DNA of 64,000 bases from Gekko japonicus (taxonomy: Eukaryota). Shown piece by piece: positions 27,615 to 38,340 of the stretch. The notes beneath the pieces were generated by a model. The model saw only the letters and a list, made by a program, of their open reading frames with translations. It made no database searches and was not told where the DNA came from. How positions within the stretch are numbered: the stretch's first letter is position 1; each line of letters starts with the position of its first letter. Location: the NCBI RefSeq assembly GCF_001447785.1, contig NW_015167060.1, positions 765,697 through 829,696 on the forward strand, given 5' to 3'. A program made the position numbers and the translations under genes.

Positions 27615-30600
27615 GTACCTGTCCGAAGGCGGGCCGAGTGGGTCGGGGTTGTCGGAAATGGGAAATTTGTTTTCCAGATGAGGCTAGTAACTGATAGTTG
27701 CATCACATATGGGGGTGTGTGAATTTGTGTGGGAGCAAAGAAAAGAATGGGGAGGGTGTATGATGGGAGGAAGGGGAATTAGTTTACATCTTCTGTTTTG
27801 TGCTTTAGAAGCAGAACACGGCTACGCCTCTCTTACACCTTACTGTGGAAAAGGCACAATACAGTCCCAAAAGAGGATGAAGCCTCGAAAGGCCTTGAAA
27901 AATGTCAGGTAAGATCCCTTCTCTAAGGCTTGAGGCTGATATTTTCCCCCTTTCCTTGACCTGCATAAAAGAGAGGTTGTATCTGTCTGTAGGGGACTGT
28001 CTTAAGGAAGGTAGATCAATATGGGTAGCTAGCTGTGATTGTCTGTAGCAGTAGAAAAGAGTAAGAGTCCAGTAGCACCAAATGAGAAGGGAGCACTCCC
28101 TGGAGAAGACCCTGATGCTGGGAAAGATTGAAGGTCAAAGAAGACGGGGACGGCAAAGGATGAGATGGTTAGGCAGTGTCATAGATGCAACGAACATGAA
28201 GTTGAGCAAACTTCAGAGGACGGCGGAAGACCGGAAGGCCTGGCGTGATCTGGTCCATGGGGTCGCGAAGAGTCGGACTCGACTGTGCGACTGAACAACA
28301 AAAGCACCCTAAAGACTAAAACTTTGCGACAGGGTATGTGCTTTTTGTGAGTCATGAAAGTTCATGTCCTACCACAAATTTTGTTAGTCTTTAGGGACTC
28401 TGGCTAAGGAAGTCTTCTGATCTGTAGATACCTGGACTTTGACCCTTATCATAATGAAAGTAAGGAAGAGCACTGATATACTGAAGGCTAGAATGACAAC
28501 ATGCCCTAACCTGGATAGCCCAGGCTCCTCAGATCTCAGAAGCTAAGCAGGGTTGGTCCTGGTTAGTATCTGGGTGGGAGACCGCCAAGGAATATTAAGG
28601 TCTCTATCTGGAGGCAGGCAGTGGCAAACCACCTATGAATGTCTCTTGCCTTGAAAGCCCTACAAGGGTCCCCGTAAGTTGGCTGTGACTTGTTGGCACT
28701 TTACACACAGAGAAAATGAGAACACAGCAAGTGATGCTTCTCTGGCAGGAAGATATGTAACCAGAGTGACTTCTGTCCACCAATAATTAATAATGATCGT
28801 ACAGCATTGTGTGTAGAATAGCTAGGAGATCTTAAGATTGTCTGGCAGCCGCAAGTTCTAGCTCTATGTGTTATACTAGCGGTGAGCTAGACTTGTTTTT
28901 AGGGGCTGAGAGAGCTCTGAAAGAACTGTGACAGGCCCAGGGTCACCCAGCTGGCTTCATGTCAGGGAGTGGGGAATCAAACCCAGTTCTCCAAATTAGA
29001 GTCTGCCACTCTTAAGCACTACACCAAACTGGTAACCTTAAGCGGTCCACCTGGCAGGAATAACTGCCAAGGATTGGAAAAACAAAAGAACCACTGACAA
29101 AAGTACATTTGTAGGTGATATAGTGACAGCTTTTTTTCCCCCCCCCCCCCCCCCCCACCCCTGGCAACTGAAGATCAAGTCTGGGTCTATGGTATAAGAA
29201 AGTTTTAGCATAGGCCCACCTTCTCTCAGCCCTTTAGTATTTGTAAAGATTTGGACTGAACACCTTGTATTGCTGTTCCATTTTCCTTTAATGAATGAAA
29301 TGTATTTGAATACCTTGGTCTTGAGGTTTGTGTATTTCAATGCCTAATGCCCAGTAGGAGACAGAAGCCCTGATTCCAGAAAACAACATGCTACAATTGG
29401 TGAATCTCCTGTTAGATTGTGAATGTCATAAGAACACCGATCCTGAACATCTAGGGTAGGAGCTGCCGCTGATAGTTTGCTAGACCAAGATGGGTAGCTG
29501 GGTTAGATTGTGTGTTGCAGTAGAAGAGAGCAGGAGTCCAGTAGCACCTTAAAGACTAACAAAATTAGTGGCAGGGTATGAGCTTTCATGAGTCACTGCT
29601 CACTTCTTCAGATACAGCTGAATTTTTTGTTCAAATTTTGTTAGTCTTTGCTACTGGACTCCTGCTCTTTTCTGTTTTTTTGCTGGTTTGTCTTTGAGAC
29701 CAGTTAACGGTATTTTTTCAGTTGGCAAAAGCGTAAGCTCTGCTTTCTTACTGGAGATACAAGGAAATCATCCATGTGGATTGCTTACAGTAGGCTACAC
29801 ATGGCCAAGAGCCTTTGCTCTGTGAAGCCTGGCCCTTTTCTCAGCGATGCACATGCAGTTCTGTGGGACCTTGTGCTCCATCTTGCTCCATCAGCCTGGC
29901 CTTTCTGACCTCTCATGTCCTGTGTTTCCTGACTGCTTGGATTTGATGGTCGATGTGAGGGTTTGTGATGCTCGAGATAAAGTAAGGAGGAACTTGGTAC
30001 CGTTCTAATCAATGGGGTTCTTCTCCTTGAACTGCTCCTGATGAAGCAAGCCCCCCCTTTCCGGTATGGAAAGCTGAAACAGGGACAGGATTTGCTTAGA
30101 TAGGATGTGGACTCTACTTGTCTCTTTCGCACTCAGACACACAGTTGTCTTTCTGGAAACATAAACATAGCCCAAACCTTATTATTTTTCTTTTGTTTGC
30201 TTTTAGGTCTGTGCACAATGAGCTGGAGAAGCACAGGTAAACTTTTTATACGGGAAAGGATGAGGACAAAGATAATCTTTCTCTCATCCCCCCCCCCACA
30301 TTCCCCTTTCTGCTTTTGTAGGAAGTGGAAACGAATAGCACTGAATGTACCAGCTGCAGTTTATGCTTTGTGTGCAAGGGGAGGGATGGAATCCATGTCC
30401 TAGCAAAAGCATTTTGCAGCTGAATGGGCCAGGGGACTGCACTAGGTCCTTTTGGCCTCGTTTATCAAGCGTTGGAAATGTGAACGGAGCACTTGTATGA
30501 TCACTGAACGTGCTGTTGACTGGTAGTCTTGATGTGTACTCCTAAGCAAAGTCTATTGAAATCAGTGAGTGTAGACCAGTAGGCTGGATGAATTCTACAT

Positions 30601-33049
30601 ATGAGTGCACTGCAAGATCCATGGGGCCCACTGTCGATGTGCATGGGGAAATGCAGGAGAGGTGATGTGAGGCGTGCATATTTTAAAAACAAAAAGTGAT
30701 TATGAAACCGATCCTGAGAGAAGGCAAATGAAGGCCACGAGTGACAGCCCTCTGATCCACGGGAGTATGGCACTTCTTCAGAGAAAGGTGTGGCTCTAAA
30801 CATTTGCCACTCCTGGTTGATCAGTCTTGTATAACTGCCTGTCTCTGTATTTTGTGTCGTACAACATCCTGTTTTTGAGTTGATGCTGGTGGTTTGATTC
30901 AGGTAACTGCCCGCAGGGAGTCTCTGGTTGGACTGAAGTTCATTGCTGGCTACCCAATGTAGTCCTTAATGTCAGCAGATACCACCCAGCGCTAGGGTCT
31001 CATGGTCGGGCTTTCAATGGTTGTAAGAACAGCCATGGGGGGTGGGGGTGGCGGCTCAAGCACAGTAGGTCTTCTGCACTAAGGAAGCAGTGGAGAAGAC
31101 ACACATTTTCCTTAGTGCCTTGTGACAGCTTTAGCCATCTGTCCATATACTTTTACTCGAGATTAGCAAGGCCAGCATAGCAGAGGCAGGCTATAAGATC
31201 TGGTTCAGTTTCTGTTTTTGCATGTAGAATTTCTGTTTTTGCATGTAGAATTATTCATTAATGAAAATTTTGAAGCATGGGTATTTTTCTCCCACTTGGC
31301 AAAACTTTTCAAAAACATGTTGCTGTCTCAAAAGGGCCCAGATGTTAAGTTACAGCCCCAAGTGAAACACAGCCCTTTCTTTCTTGTGTGCCTTTCCCTG
31401 GCAGGAGGGCCCAGTTACGGCAGTGTTTGGAACAGCTGAAGCAGCAAGTCCCCCTGAACTCGGAGCATTCTCGTTCAACAACCCTCAGTCTCTTGCACCA
31501 AGCCAGATTGCACATTAAGGTAAATTACATGCATCACTCCTTACACACACGAGGGTGGCAGCAATTAAATGTTCCCCCTTGTAACCAGCTCTGGTTTATC
31601 AGTTCTTGGTGGATTGTTATAGTAGGTCTTGTATTTTGTATGCTTGGGTAAGTTGCTATAAGATCTGGTTCAGTTTCTGTTTTTGCATGTAGAATTTCTG
31701 TTTTTGCATGTAGAATTATTCATTAATGAAAATTTTGAAGCATGGGTATTTTTCTCCCACTTGGCAAAACTTTTCAAAAACATGTTGCTGTCTCAAAAGG
31801 GCCCAGATGTTAAGTAACAGCCCCAAGTGAAACACAGCCCTTTCTTTCTTGTGTGCCTTTCCCTGGCAGGAGGGCCCAGTTACGGCAGTGTTTGGAACAG
31901 CTGAAGCAGCAAGTCCCCCTGAACTCGGAGCATTCTCGTTCAACAACCCTCAGTCTCTTGCACCAAGCCAGATTGCACATTAAGGTAAATTACATGCATC
32001 ACTCCTTACACACACGAGGGTGGCAGCAATTAAATGTTCCCCCTTGTAGCCAGCTCTGGTTTATCAGTTCTTGGTGGATTGTTATAGTAGGTCTTGTATT
32101 TTGTATGCTTGGGTAAGTTCCAGTAGATGTACTGAGTGAGGTTGGGAATGGCTTGCAAAGACTCCCTGCCTTCAAGGGAAGTGCCGAAAGAGTTTGGCCA
32201 AGGAACACAGAGGAAGAGCATCTGATTGCAGCTAAGTGGCTCTGTCACTTTCTGAGGGGCTGCAAACTTGTTGCTTGATTTGCTGGGTCCATCTTGTCCA
32301 GCCTTTGTGTTCTACCAGTGCTCAGACTGATATTTTCAGAAACCTCACACGCAGGGCACTGAACATCCTACTGGAAAGCCGAATTACTCTGAAGTATCAC
32401 CTACCACCATTTAATTAAATGTCTAGGGAGGCAAATCATTGGTTTCAGTGACCCATCCTGTTCTTATCCTCGTCCTTCTTTGTGCAGAAGCTGGAAGAGC
32501 AAGAGCAGAAGGCTCAGCAGCTGAAGGAGAGGCTACAGTGTGAGCAGCAGATCTTGCACCAGAGGCTGGAGGTGTTGCTTGGTCATTCTGGTGTGGAAAG
32601 GCTGCGTGCCGACAGCCTGGACTCCTCTCAGCTCTCCTTGGAACGCTCAGACTCAGACCCAGGTGAGGACCCTCTTACAGCGACACTGTCCCCGCTGCGG
32701 TCTGTCCTTTCTGTGGCTGAGCTTTTCTGTTGTTAGAACATTGGCGAACTCTAGCAAAATTTGGGAGGGCTGGCCGTTTACCATTTGGAGATGGCTCCTT
32801 TAATATACAATTGCCCAGGCCCGTACTCTGTTCCTAAAAGAATGTGGCGCTAACCAAAGCCCCTGTAAAATACCACATAATACATACAAAGCAGATTATA
32901 ATGGAGCTTTTTCCACCCCCCCTGCTACAGAAGATGTAGAAGTGGACGTGGAGGGCCTGGAATTTGGTAGCGTTGAAGATGCTATGGTGGCTTCCTTCAA
33001 CACTGGGCGGGAGCACAGCTACTCTAATGCCAGCAACTTCTGGTTATGA
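27545..33049 (+). CDS. MXD3: MAX dimerization protein 3, 202 aa. join(27545-27614,27809-27908,30207-30236,31405-31519 or 31870-31984,32488-32662,32931-33049)
   Basis: [26 protein letters not shown], b[28 protein letters not shown]-terminal EDVEVDVE...EHSYS...WL*. Syntenic with PRELID1, RAB24 and NSD1. Confidence 0.95.
27809..27908 (+). CDS. MXD3: MXD3 exon 2
   Basis: [12 protein letters not shown]...ALKNV AG|gtaag. Confidence 0.92.
28080..28302 (+). mobile_element. RTE/BovB LINE 3' fragment inserted in a Penelope-derived repeat
   Basis: [25 protein letters not shown]...[16 protein letters not shown]; (CAA)n tail; TSD AGCACC at 28074-28079 and 28303-28308. Confidence 0.85.
28505..28705 (+). 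mobile_element. 5S rRNA-headed SINE (5S-Sauria-like); further copies at 42871-43037, 46394-46585 and 50291-50440 (all minus)
   Basis: GATCTCAGAAGCTAAGCAGGGTTGGTCCTGGTTAGTATCTGGGTGGGAGACC resembles the 5S internal promoter region, followed by a Sauria/BovB-type tail GGCAAACCACC...CTTGCCTTGAAA. Confidence 0.75.
29488..29673. mobile_element. Palindromic Penelope-derived repeat with a minimal hammerhead motif (29576-29615, minus); related copies near 22845, 28020, 40330 and 45165
   Basis: Inverted arms GAGTCCAGTAGCA...AAAGACTAACAAAATT / AATTTTGTTAGTCTTTGCTACTGGACTC. Confidence 0.7.
30207..30236 (+). CDS. MXD3: MXD3 exon 3 (30 bp, basic region)
   Basis: ttttag|[12 protein letters not shown]|gtaa. 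Confidence 0.92.
31405..31519 (+). CDS. MXD3: MXD3 exon 4, copy 1
   Basis: [17 protein letters not shown]...LHIK|gtaaat. Confidence 0.85.
31870..31984 (+). CDS. MXD3: MXD3 exon 4, identical copy 2
   Basis: Same exon 465 bp downstream, inside the tandem duplication. Confidence 0.7.
32488..32662 (+). CDS. MXD3: MXD3 exon 5
   Basis: [17 protein letters not shown]...[11 protein letters not shown]...SDSDP G|gtgag. Confidence 0.92.
32931..33049 (+). CDS. MXD3: MXD3 exon 6
   Basis: [13 protein letters not shown]...[14 protein letters not shown]. Confidence 0.92.
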
Positions 33050-33672
33050 TGGACAGAACTCCACGTTGGTGGGCAGCTCTGCAGCAAGACAGACGACTGC
33101 AACCTCCCCGCCCTTCATCCTGCTATGAATGGGACCACAGATGCAGCTTGCTCTCAGCAAAGAAGGACGAGAGCTGTTTCCAGCCTTGGACAAAGGACAC
33201 TAAGGCTGTACCTCAACACTGCCCTCGCCAGAATCAGTCACTGTTGCTCCTTAGAGGCTCTCTTGTGAAGGTAGCAGGGCCTTCCCCTCCTACTAGACAG
33301 AGAGAGAGAATGAAACAACAGCAATGTTGTAAAGCACTATATGTAGCAGCTTTGGCCCAACAGACAGAATCCACAAAATGGGGTCAGCTGCAGACGGATG
33401 ATGTGGTAAGTAGCTATCCCTGCAGCTCGTGAACTGGGCTCACAAGATGACTGCATCTGGACAGCCGCAGAAGGAGTTACTCTGATTCCCTACAGTACAG
33501 CTGCCTTCCCTTTGTACCCCTTTGTGCCCACATGTACTCAGCCGCATTTTAGTAAATATTTCTTTAATGATATGCACCCGAGCCATTAGAAGAAAACCTA
33601 ACCGTTCGAAAGCACCCAAATAAGCTCTTGGAGTGGGCAGCCTCCTTTTCTTACAGGCAGGGGCCACCCTGC

Positions 33673-33688
33673 NNNNNNNNNNNNNNNN
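33673..33688. other. Assembly gap (16 N)
   Basis: Run of N in the sequence. Confidence 0.99.
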
Positions 33689-34044
33689 GCTGAACTGGTC
33701 TGTGCTGCACATAGACAAGCTGGAAGCCCCAAGAAGGTAAATGTAAACAGGAAGACTTATCCAGTGAATCACAGTTTTGAAGATCAGTTCCTCCTACCAG
33801 CAGAACAGGTCTTGGCAGTGGACTGAATTGGAAGTCTGTTCTTTTAATGATAATTACACCTTTAGAAAGGAGATGATTGTCAGATTTGTACAGTTTCAAT
33901 TTTTAAAAAAAACATAAAATCTATAAGAGACGATCTGGTCAGCTCCACCTCCCAAGGGCTTTAAGCCCATTTTACAGGTGAGCTTCCCAGTACTACTATG
34001 GTGCCTGACGGCACTCCGGTCCCCGCTGTAGGAAAGCCGCTTTT

Positions 34045-34190
34045 TCATACATATTGTTGCTGCGGCTTCTTTTTAGTAGCTGCCTTGCTTGCCAAGTCCT
34101 TTGCCTTCTCTGTAGCAGCCAAGGCAGTCTCCTTGGCTTTCTCTGTTGCTTCTTTTGCTGTTTCCACCAAGGTTTTAGATGGTGCTTCAC
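34045..34190 (-). CDS. PRELID1: PRELID1 exon 5
   Basis: EAPSKTLVETAKEATEKAKETALAATEKAKDLASKAATKKKPQQQYV*. Confidence 0.94.
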
Positions 34191-37100
34191 CTGTGATTTA
34201 AAAAGAAAAAAAGAGTCAAGCAAGTTCTCACAAAACCCTTGCCACTTAGCTCAAGCCCTGACAAAAAAGGTTTCTCTAGAAATGCTCTGCAAAACCGCTG
34301 TGTTTAAATATTGTTGTATGGGGACTTAATGGCAGAGGTTTCATGCCAAATGGTTGTTAACCTACTGGCTTTAAACAAGGGAAGTTATTTATTTCCCTCG
34401 TGGGAAAAGGTTCAGAAACCAATTAGAGATTATGGAGCAATACAGGGAAAAGTGCATTCTTATGGAAATATGAGAGAAAGAAAGAAGCAAGACAGAGGCC
34501 ATTTCCCCCATAACACACAGGAGTTTTACATGCCTCTTCGATATCTACCATGGCTCCTCAGTGCTTCATGCTCCTCCTAGCCTTTTGCTTTGCAACAACT
34601 ACAGGTCAGGAAATTAACAGAACTTGGCAAAGTTTACCCAGAATATATGCAAAAGCCTGAAGTAGTGCTTCCTTTTTGGGTTACTGAAACGGCTGCTGAT
34701 TGTGACTAGTCAAGCAAAAACACCAACGTTTCTCTTGTGACTTAACAGATGGGGAAGCATAATACGATCAAGGTTCGCCAGCAGGGCACAAGGGCCACTT
34801 CAGTACTGTAAGATCATATGAAGAAGGCTAGTTGGGCTTCAGCATCAGTTCCTTGCTCTGAATTAGCAGAATCAATCAAAACATTACTGTGCTATACATA
34901 TCCTAGGAAAATAGCAGGAGGCTGCCAATCCAGCACGATAGCAGTGTACATTAATCTTTTTCTTACAAAGCTACATGCTACCGATAGTTTGCATGCTGAG
35001 CACCACCCGATTACTCCATCCCCATGTGTGTCAGTGATAGTATCCTCGGCCCCTGCAGGCCCTTTTTAACAGTTGGCACTGCAGACACTTACCTTGCATT
35101 TTGGCCAGGATATACTCAAATCCTTTGGTGCTCTTGCTCACGTTGCTTTTGAACCTGGCCAAACCAAACTCCTGAAACAAGAACCCAGGAAGTATGAACA
35201 GAGACTAAGAAAAACATGTCCAGAGATTTCCCCATAGCTATTTGCACAGCTTATCCCTAGGCACTTGATCACTGTATACATGTGAAAATATATGGAGCTA
35301 TATAGATATATGGTACTCTCACCTGGACTGCACGTGAGACACCAAATAGGCTGGAGGAGACCCAAGCTTCCCGCTTGACCTCTGTCCAGCTACTGTTGTC
35401 TGGGTTCTCTTTGTAAACACAGCGTTCTTCCACCACCTGCATGGGAGATGGGAGACCAAAATGACCATCACTCTCAACAATCAGCACTGGCTCCAGACCT
35501 TTACAGCATAGCACCAGCCCTGCACAGAGCAACTGCTGAGTACCATAAGACGTGCATGGTTGATGTTCCAGGTGAATGTGGTCATAGTTTGGTTCTGTGG
35601 GTCCACAATGGAATCTTCTAGGATGTAGACAGAGTGGGCAACATTGGCTGGAAAGAAGCGCTCTGCCCAGCGGGGCATCCTGTTGGTCTTAGTTAGGAGC
35701 CGCCTGGAAAGCAGCTTCTGGTCTTCTGTCACTTCCCGGTACACGATATCTTCTGTCAGGACATGTTTACTGGGGAGAGGAGACAAAGGCATTTTAGATG
35801 TGTGTGTGTGTTCTAAGCAGTCTTGAATGGGCTTTATTCAGCCAAAGCCCAAGTAGCAGAGAAAGCCATAGTCAGTGTCCCCCGCAGAGCCTATTAATAT
35901 AGCTCCTGCCAAATGCAGTAGTGAAAGCCTGGACAAAATCGTTTATAGAGGAGAGGAGCTAGTTCACATAAAGCAATTCTAGCCTATTCTGAGCAGGGTG
36001 TCTGTATCTCCAACTTCCAGAGTCAACCTTTTGTCATGTTACTTTCAGTAGCTGGCCAGGGTCCGGCTTACCTGAAGGACCGCCTCTTCCCATATGTTCC
36101 CCCAAGAGCACTACGATCGGGGAACTCCCATCTCCTGGTAGTTCCAGGTCCCCGAGAGATCAAGTTTGCCCCTACTAGGGCCAGGGCATTTTCGGTGGCG
36201 GCTCCTACCTGGTGGAATGAGCTCCCAGATGAGATCTGGGCCCTGCGGGACCTTATGCAGTTCCGCAGGGCCTGTAAGATGGAGCTCTTCCGCCAGGCGT
36301 TCGAGTAGGAGCTGCCGCCGCCACTATCCTACCAACGAGGTAGTGTGCCATCAGCAGCCCTGTTAAAGGGGGACTGGCCCGGCCTGGTAGAACAGCGTAG
36401 CAGGACACTGCGTTGCCAAGAGAGCTGGCCATCAAATTTAGGTGGTTGTCCCATCTTGGAAGATTAAATATAGGCTCAGCACCGTGTGATAGGATGGTTT
36501 TATTGTGTTTTAAATATGTAATTTATTATAGGTTTTATTGTATTTTACTCTGGCTTTGCCATATGTAAGCCGCCCTGAGCCGTTGGGAGGGCGGGGTATA
36601 AATAAAAATAAAAAAATAAATAAGTGGTGATTCTCAAGAGTTTCACTAACGGTGATTCCTCTACCCATCTGCATTCTGCCTTTGGGACATAAGTTTTAAC
36701 TGGTGCTCAAGAACTTTATAGCTCCTAACACTGCATTCAACAACCACTGGTTGGATACAGCCAGCAAGTTTTGGGGGACCTGCTGAAGCCTGCACAGCTC
36801 AGACAAACCCATATTTATCTCATTGTATAAGTCTGTGGGAAGTAGCAAGCAAGATGAGATCCCTCCTAGCATTTGTTGCCTTAGAACTATCTCTTCTGTG
36901 CCTTTGGGTGATCTAGCTTTGCCAGCACACTGGAGCAGGGAAATGCTGCGCCACATTCATGGTCAGAAGCGATTTCAATGATCATAAAAGCATGAGCTTG
37001 TGTACCTGGCCCTTTTCTCCACCAGAATGCAAAGCTATTCTGATGTCAGAGTCAGCAACATATAATAAAGGGCCCGTCTTGCTTCCTGTCATAGCGGTAT

Positions 37101-37897
37101 TTGGGGCTGTTTTCTGCACACATGTCAGGGTGTTACTTCCTCACACACTTGCCCATTTTAGCTCTGGAGCCAGTATAAGTTAAGCAGAATTTTCCGGTCT
37201 TATTTCAAGTTGATACAGGCAAAGAACAACAGGCTTCAATTACAGCGCTGACAAAGCCACAGGCGGCTCAGTAGCGCTCAGTCCAGTGGGTGAAAAGTCC
37301 TTGACTCTGGAGTGGAGGGGGCCAGCTTGACCAGGCAGAGGGCGCCCAGCCCGATTTAGAGCACTGCTCCTCTGCAGCGTTGCAGAAATAAACCCAGCGG
37401 ATTAATGCGAAAAGGCTGGGCACGATTACTTAGCAATAAGCTCCAGTGAACAGAGTAGGGCTTAGTTTGGAGTAAACAAGCAAGGGGGGGGGGGTTTCGT
37501 AAAACTGCAGTCTTGAAACACTTCCATCGAAATGAAGAGCTGTGAAATTCAGGAGGCCTAGTCGCACTCTCCCCGCCGTGTCTTTCATAGTCCTGAAAAC
37601 ACTTTCCTAGAAGTAAGCCCCACCGGATAAAATGGGATTTATTTTTTAGTAGACATACTTAGGAATTTTGTTTTCCCCAATCTCCGCCCGTAAGGATACC
37701 CAAGATGAAGCCTAGGGAATCGGCTCCTCCCGCCGCTGAAAATCCAGACGCATCCCCCAAAATCTCCCGCGGGCGGCAGAATGACACCTGTGCGCCCCGT
37801 CTCACCTGTAAGGGTTGGGGTAGCGCAGCCAGAAGGCGGCGAAGACTTGGTCCCAGGGCCCCTTGAGGACGCTCAGGGTCAGGAAGTATTTCCCCAT
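34045..37897 (-). CDS. PRELID1: PRELI domain-containing protein 1, mitochondrial, 218 aa. complement(join(34045-34190,35093-35171,35323-35436,35544-35769,37806-37897))
   Basis: MGKYFLTLSVLKGPWDQVFAAFWLRYPNPYSKHVLTEDIVYREVT...LEDSIVDP...EFGLARFKSNV...LEA-like AKEATEKAKETA tail; GT-AG and phases consistent. Confidence 0.96.
35093..35171 (-). CDS. PRELID1: PRELID1 exon 4
   Basis: EFGLARFKSNVSKSTKGFEYILAKMQ. Confidence 0.94.
35323..35436 (-). CDS. PRELID1: PRELID1 exon 3
   Basis: VVEERCVYKENPDNSSWTEVKREAWVSSSLFGVSRAVQ. Confidence 0.94.
35544..35769 (-). CDS. PRELID1: PRELID1 exon 2
   Basis: KHVLTEDIVYREV...WNINHARLM. Confidence 0.94.
36040..36622 (+). mobile_element. L2-clade LINE 3' end (a similar tail lies at about 46020-46390)
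   Basis: GPAYLKDRLFPYVPPRALRS...RAFSVAAPTWWNELP...FRRACKMELFRQAF*, 3' UTR ending GAGCCG...GGGCGGGGTATAAATAAA. Confidence 0.8.
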
Positions 37898-38340
37898 CAG
37901 CTCCGCCGTCACCGATCCCGCGGGGTACGGAGAAGAAAGGAGGGGCGCGTTCACGGGAGCGCCGGCCTAGGCGGCCCGACTAGCCCTTCGCCTGCAGGGG
38001 CCGCCCTAAGGATCGCGGCGGCAGGAGGCGCCCAGCAGCAGCCGCCGCCATGCGGGGACAGGGGCGAGGCGACGACTTCCGACAGCAAAGCCGAGCTCTT
38101 CCGCCGCCTCGGTCCCGGCCCCTCCTCGGCCAGAAGCGCCTCCCCGACACGCGCTTCCGTTCCCGGCACCAAGCACCGCCCCCCTTCCCCGGTGGAGCGC
38201 GGGGAGGCTGCGCTTGCTTACCCAGTGGGGGCTCCCTCCCGCTCTCGCGCGCCTGCCTGCACTTCAGCGCCATGAGGCCCAGGTGAGTGCCGCCGCCGCC
38301 GCCGCCGCCAAGCGGGCCTTTCTTTCCGGGGGGATGCCAG
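37730..38340. promoter_or_regulatory. CpG island, bidirectional promoter PRELID1/RAB24, including a non-coding RAB24 leader exon ending at 38282
   Basis: GC- and CpG-dense, GC boxes, head-to-head genes, donor CAG|GTGAGT at 38282/38283. Confidence 0.8.
37806..37897 (-). CDS. PRELID1: PRELID1 coding exon 1
   Basis: ATG at 37897; ...RYPNPY AG|gtgag. Confidence 0.94.

Larger units (their letters stand above)
31190..32119. repeat. 465-bp tandem duplication containing MXD3 exon 4
   Basis: Copies 31190-31654 and 31655-32119; two substitutions seen, both intronic. Confidence 0.95.

Noticed and set aside
28520-28600. 5S rRNA gene
   Set aside because: Partial, mutated and fused to a SINE tail, with several dispersed copies; it is a SINE head.
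37781-38286. Long ORFs across the PRELID1/RAB24 promoter
   Set aside because: Expected from stop-codon scarcity in a CpG island; translations are low-complexity.
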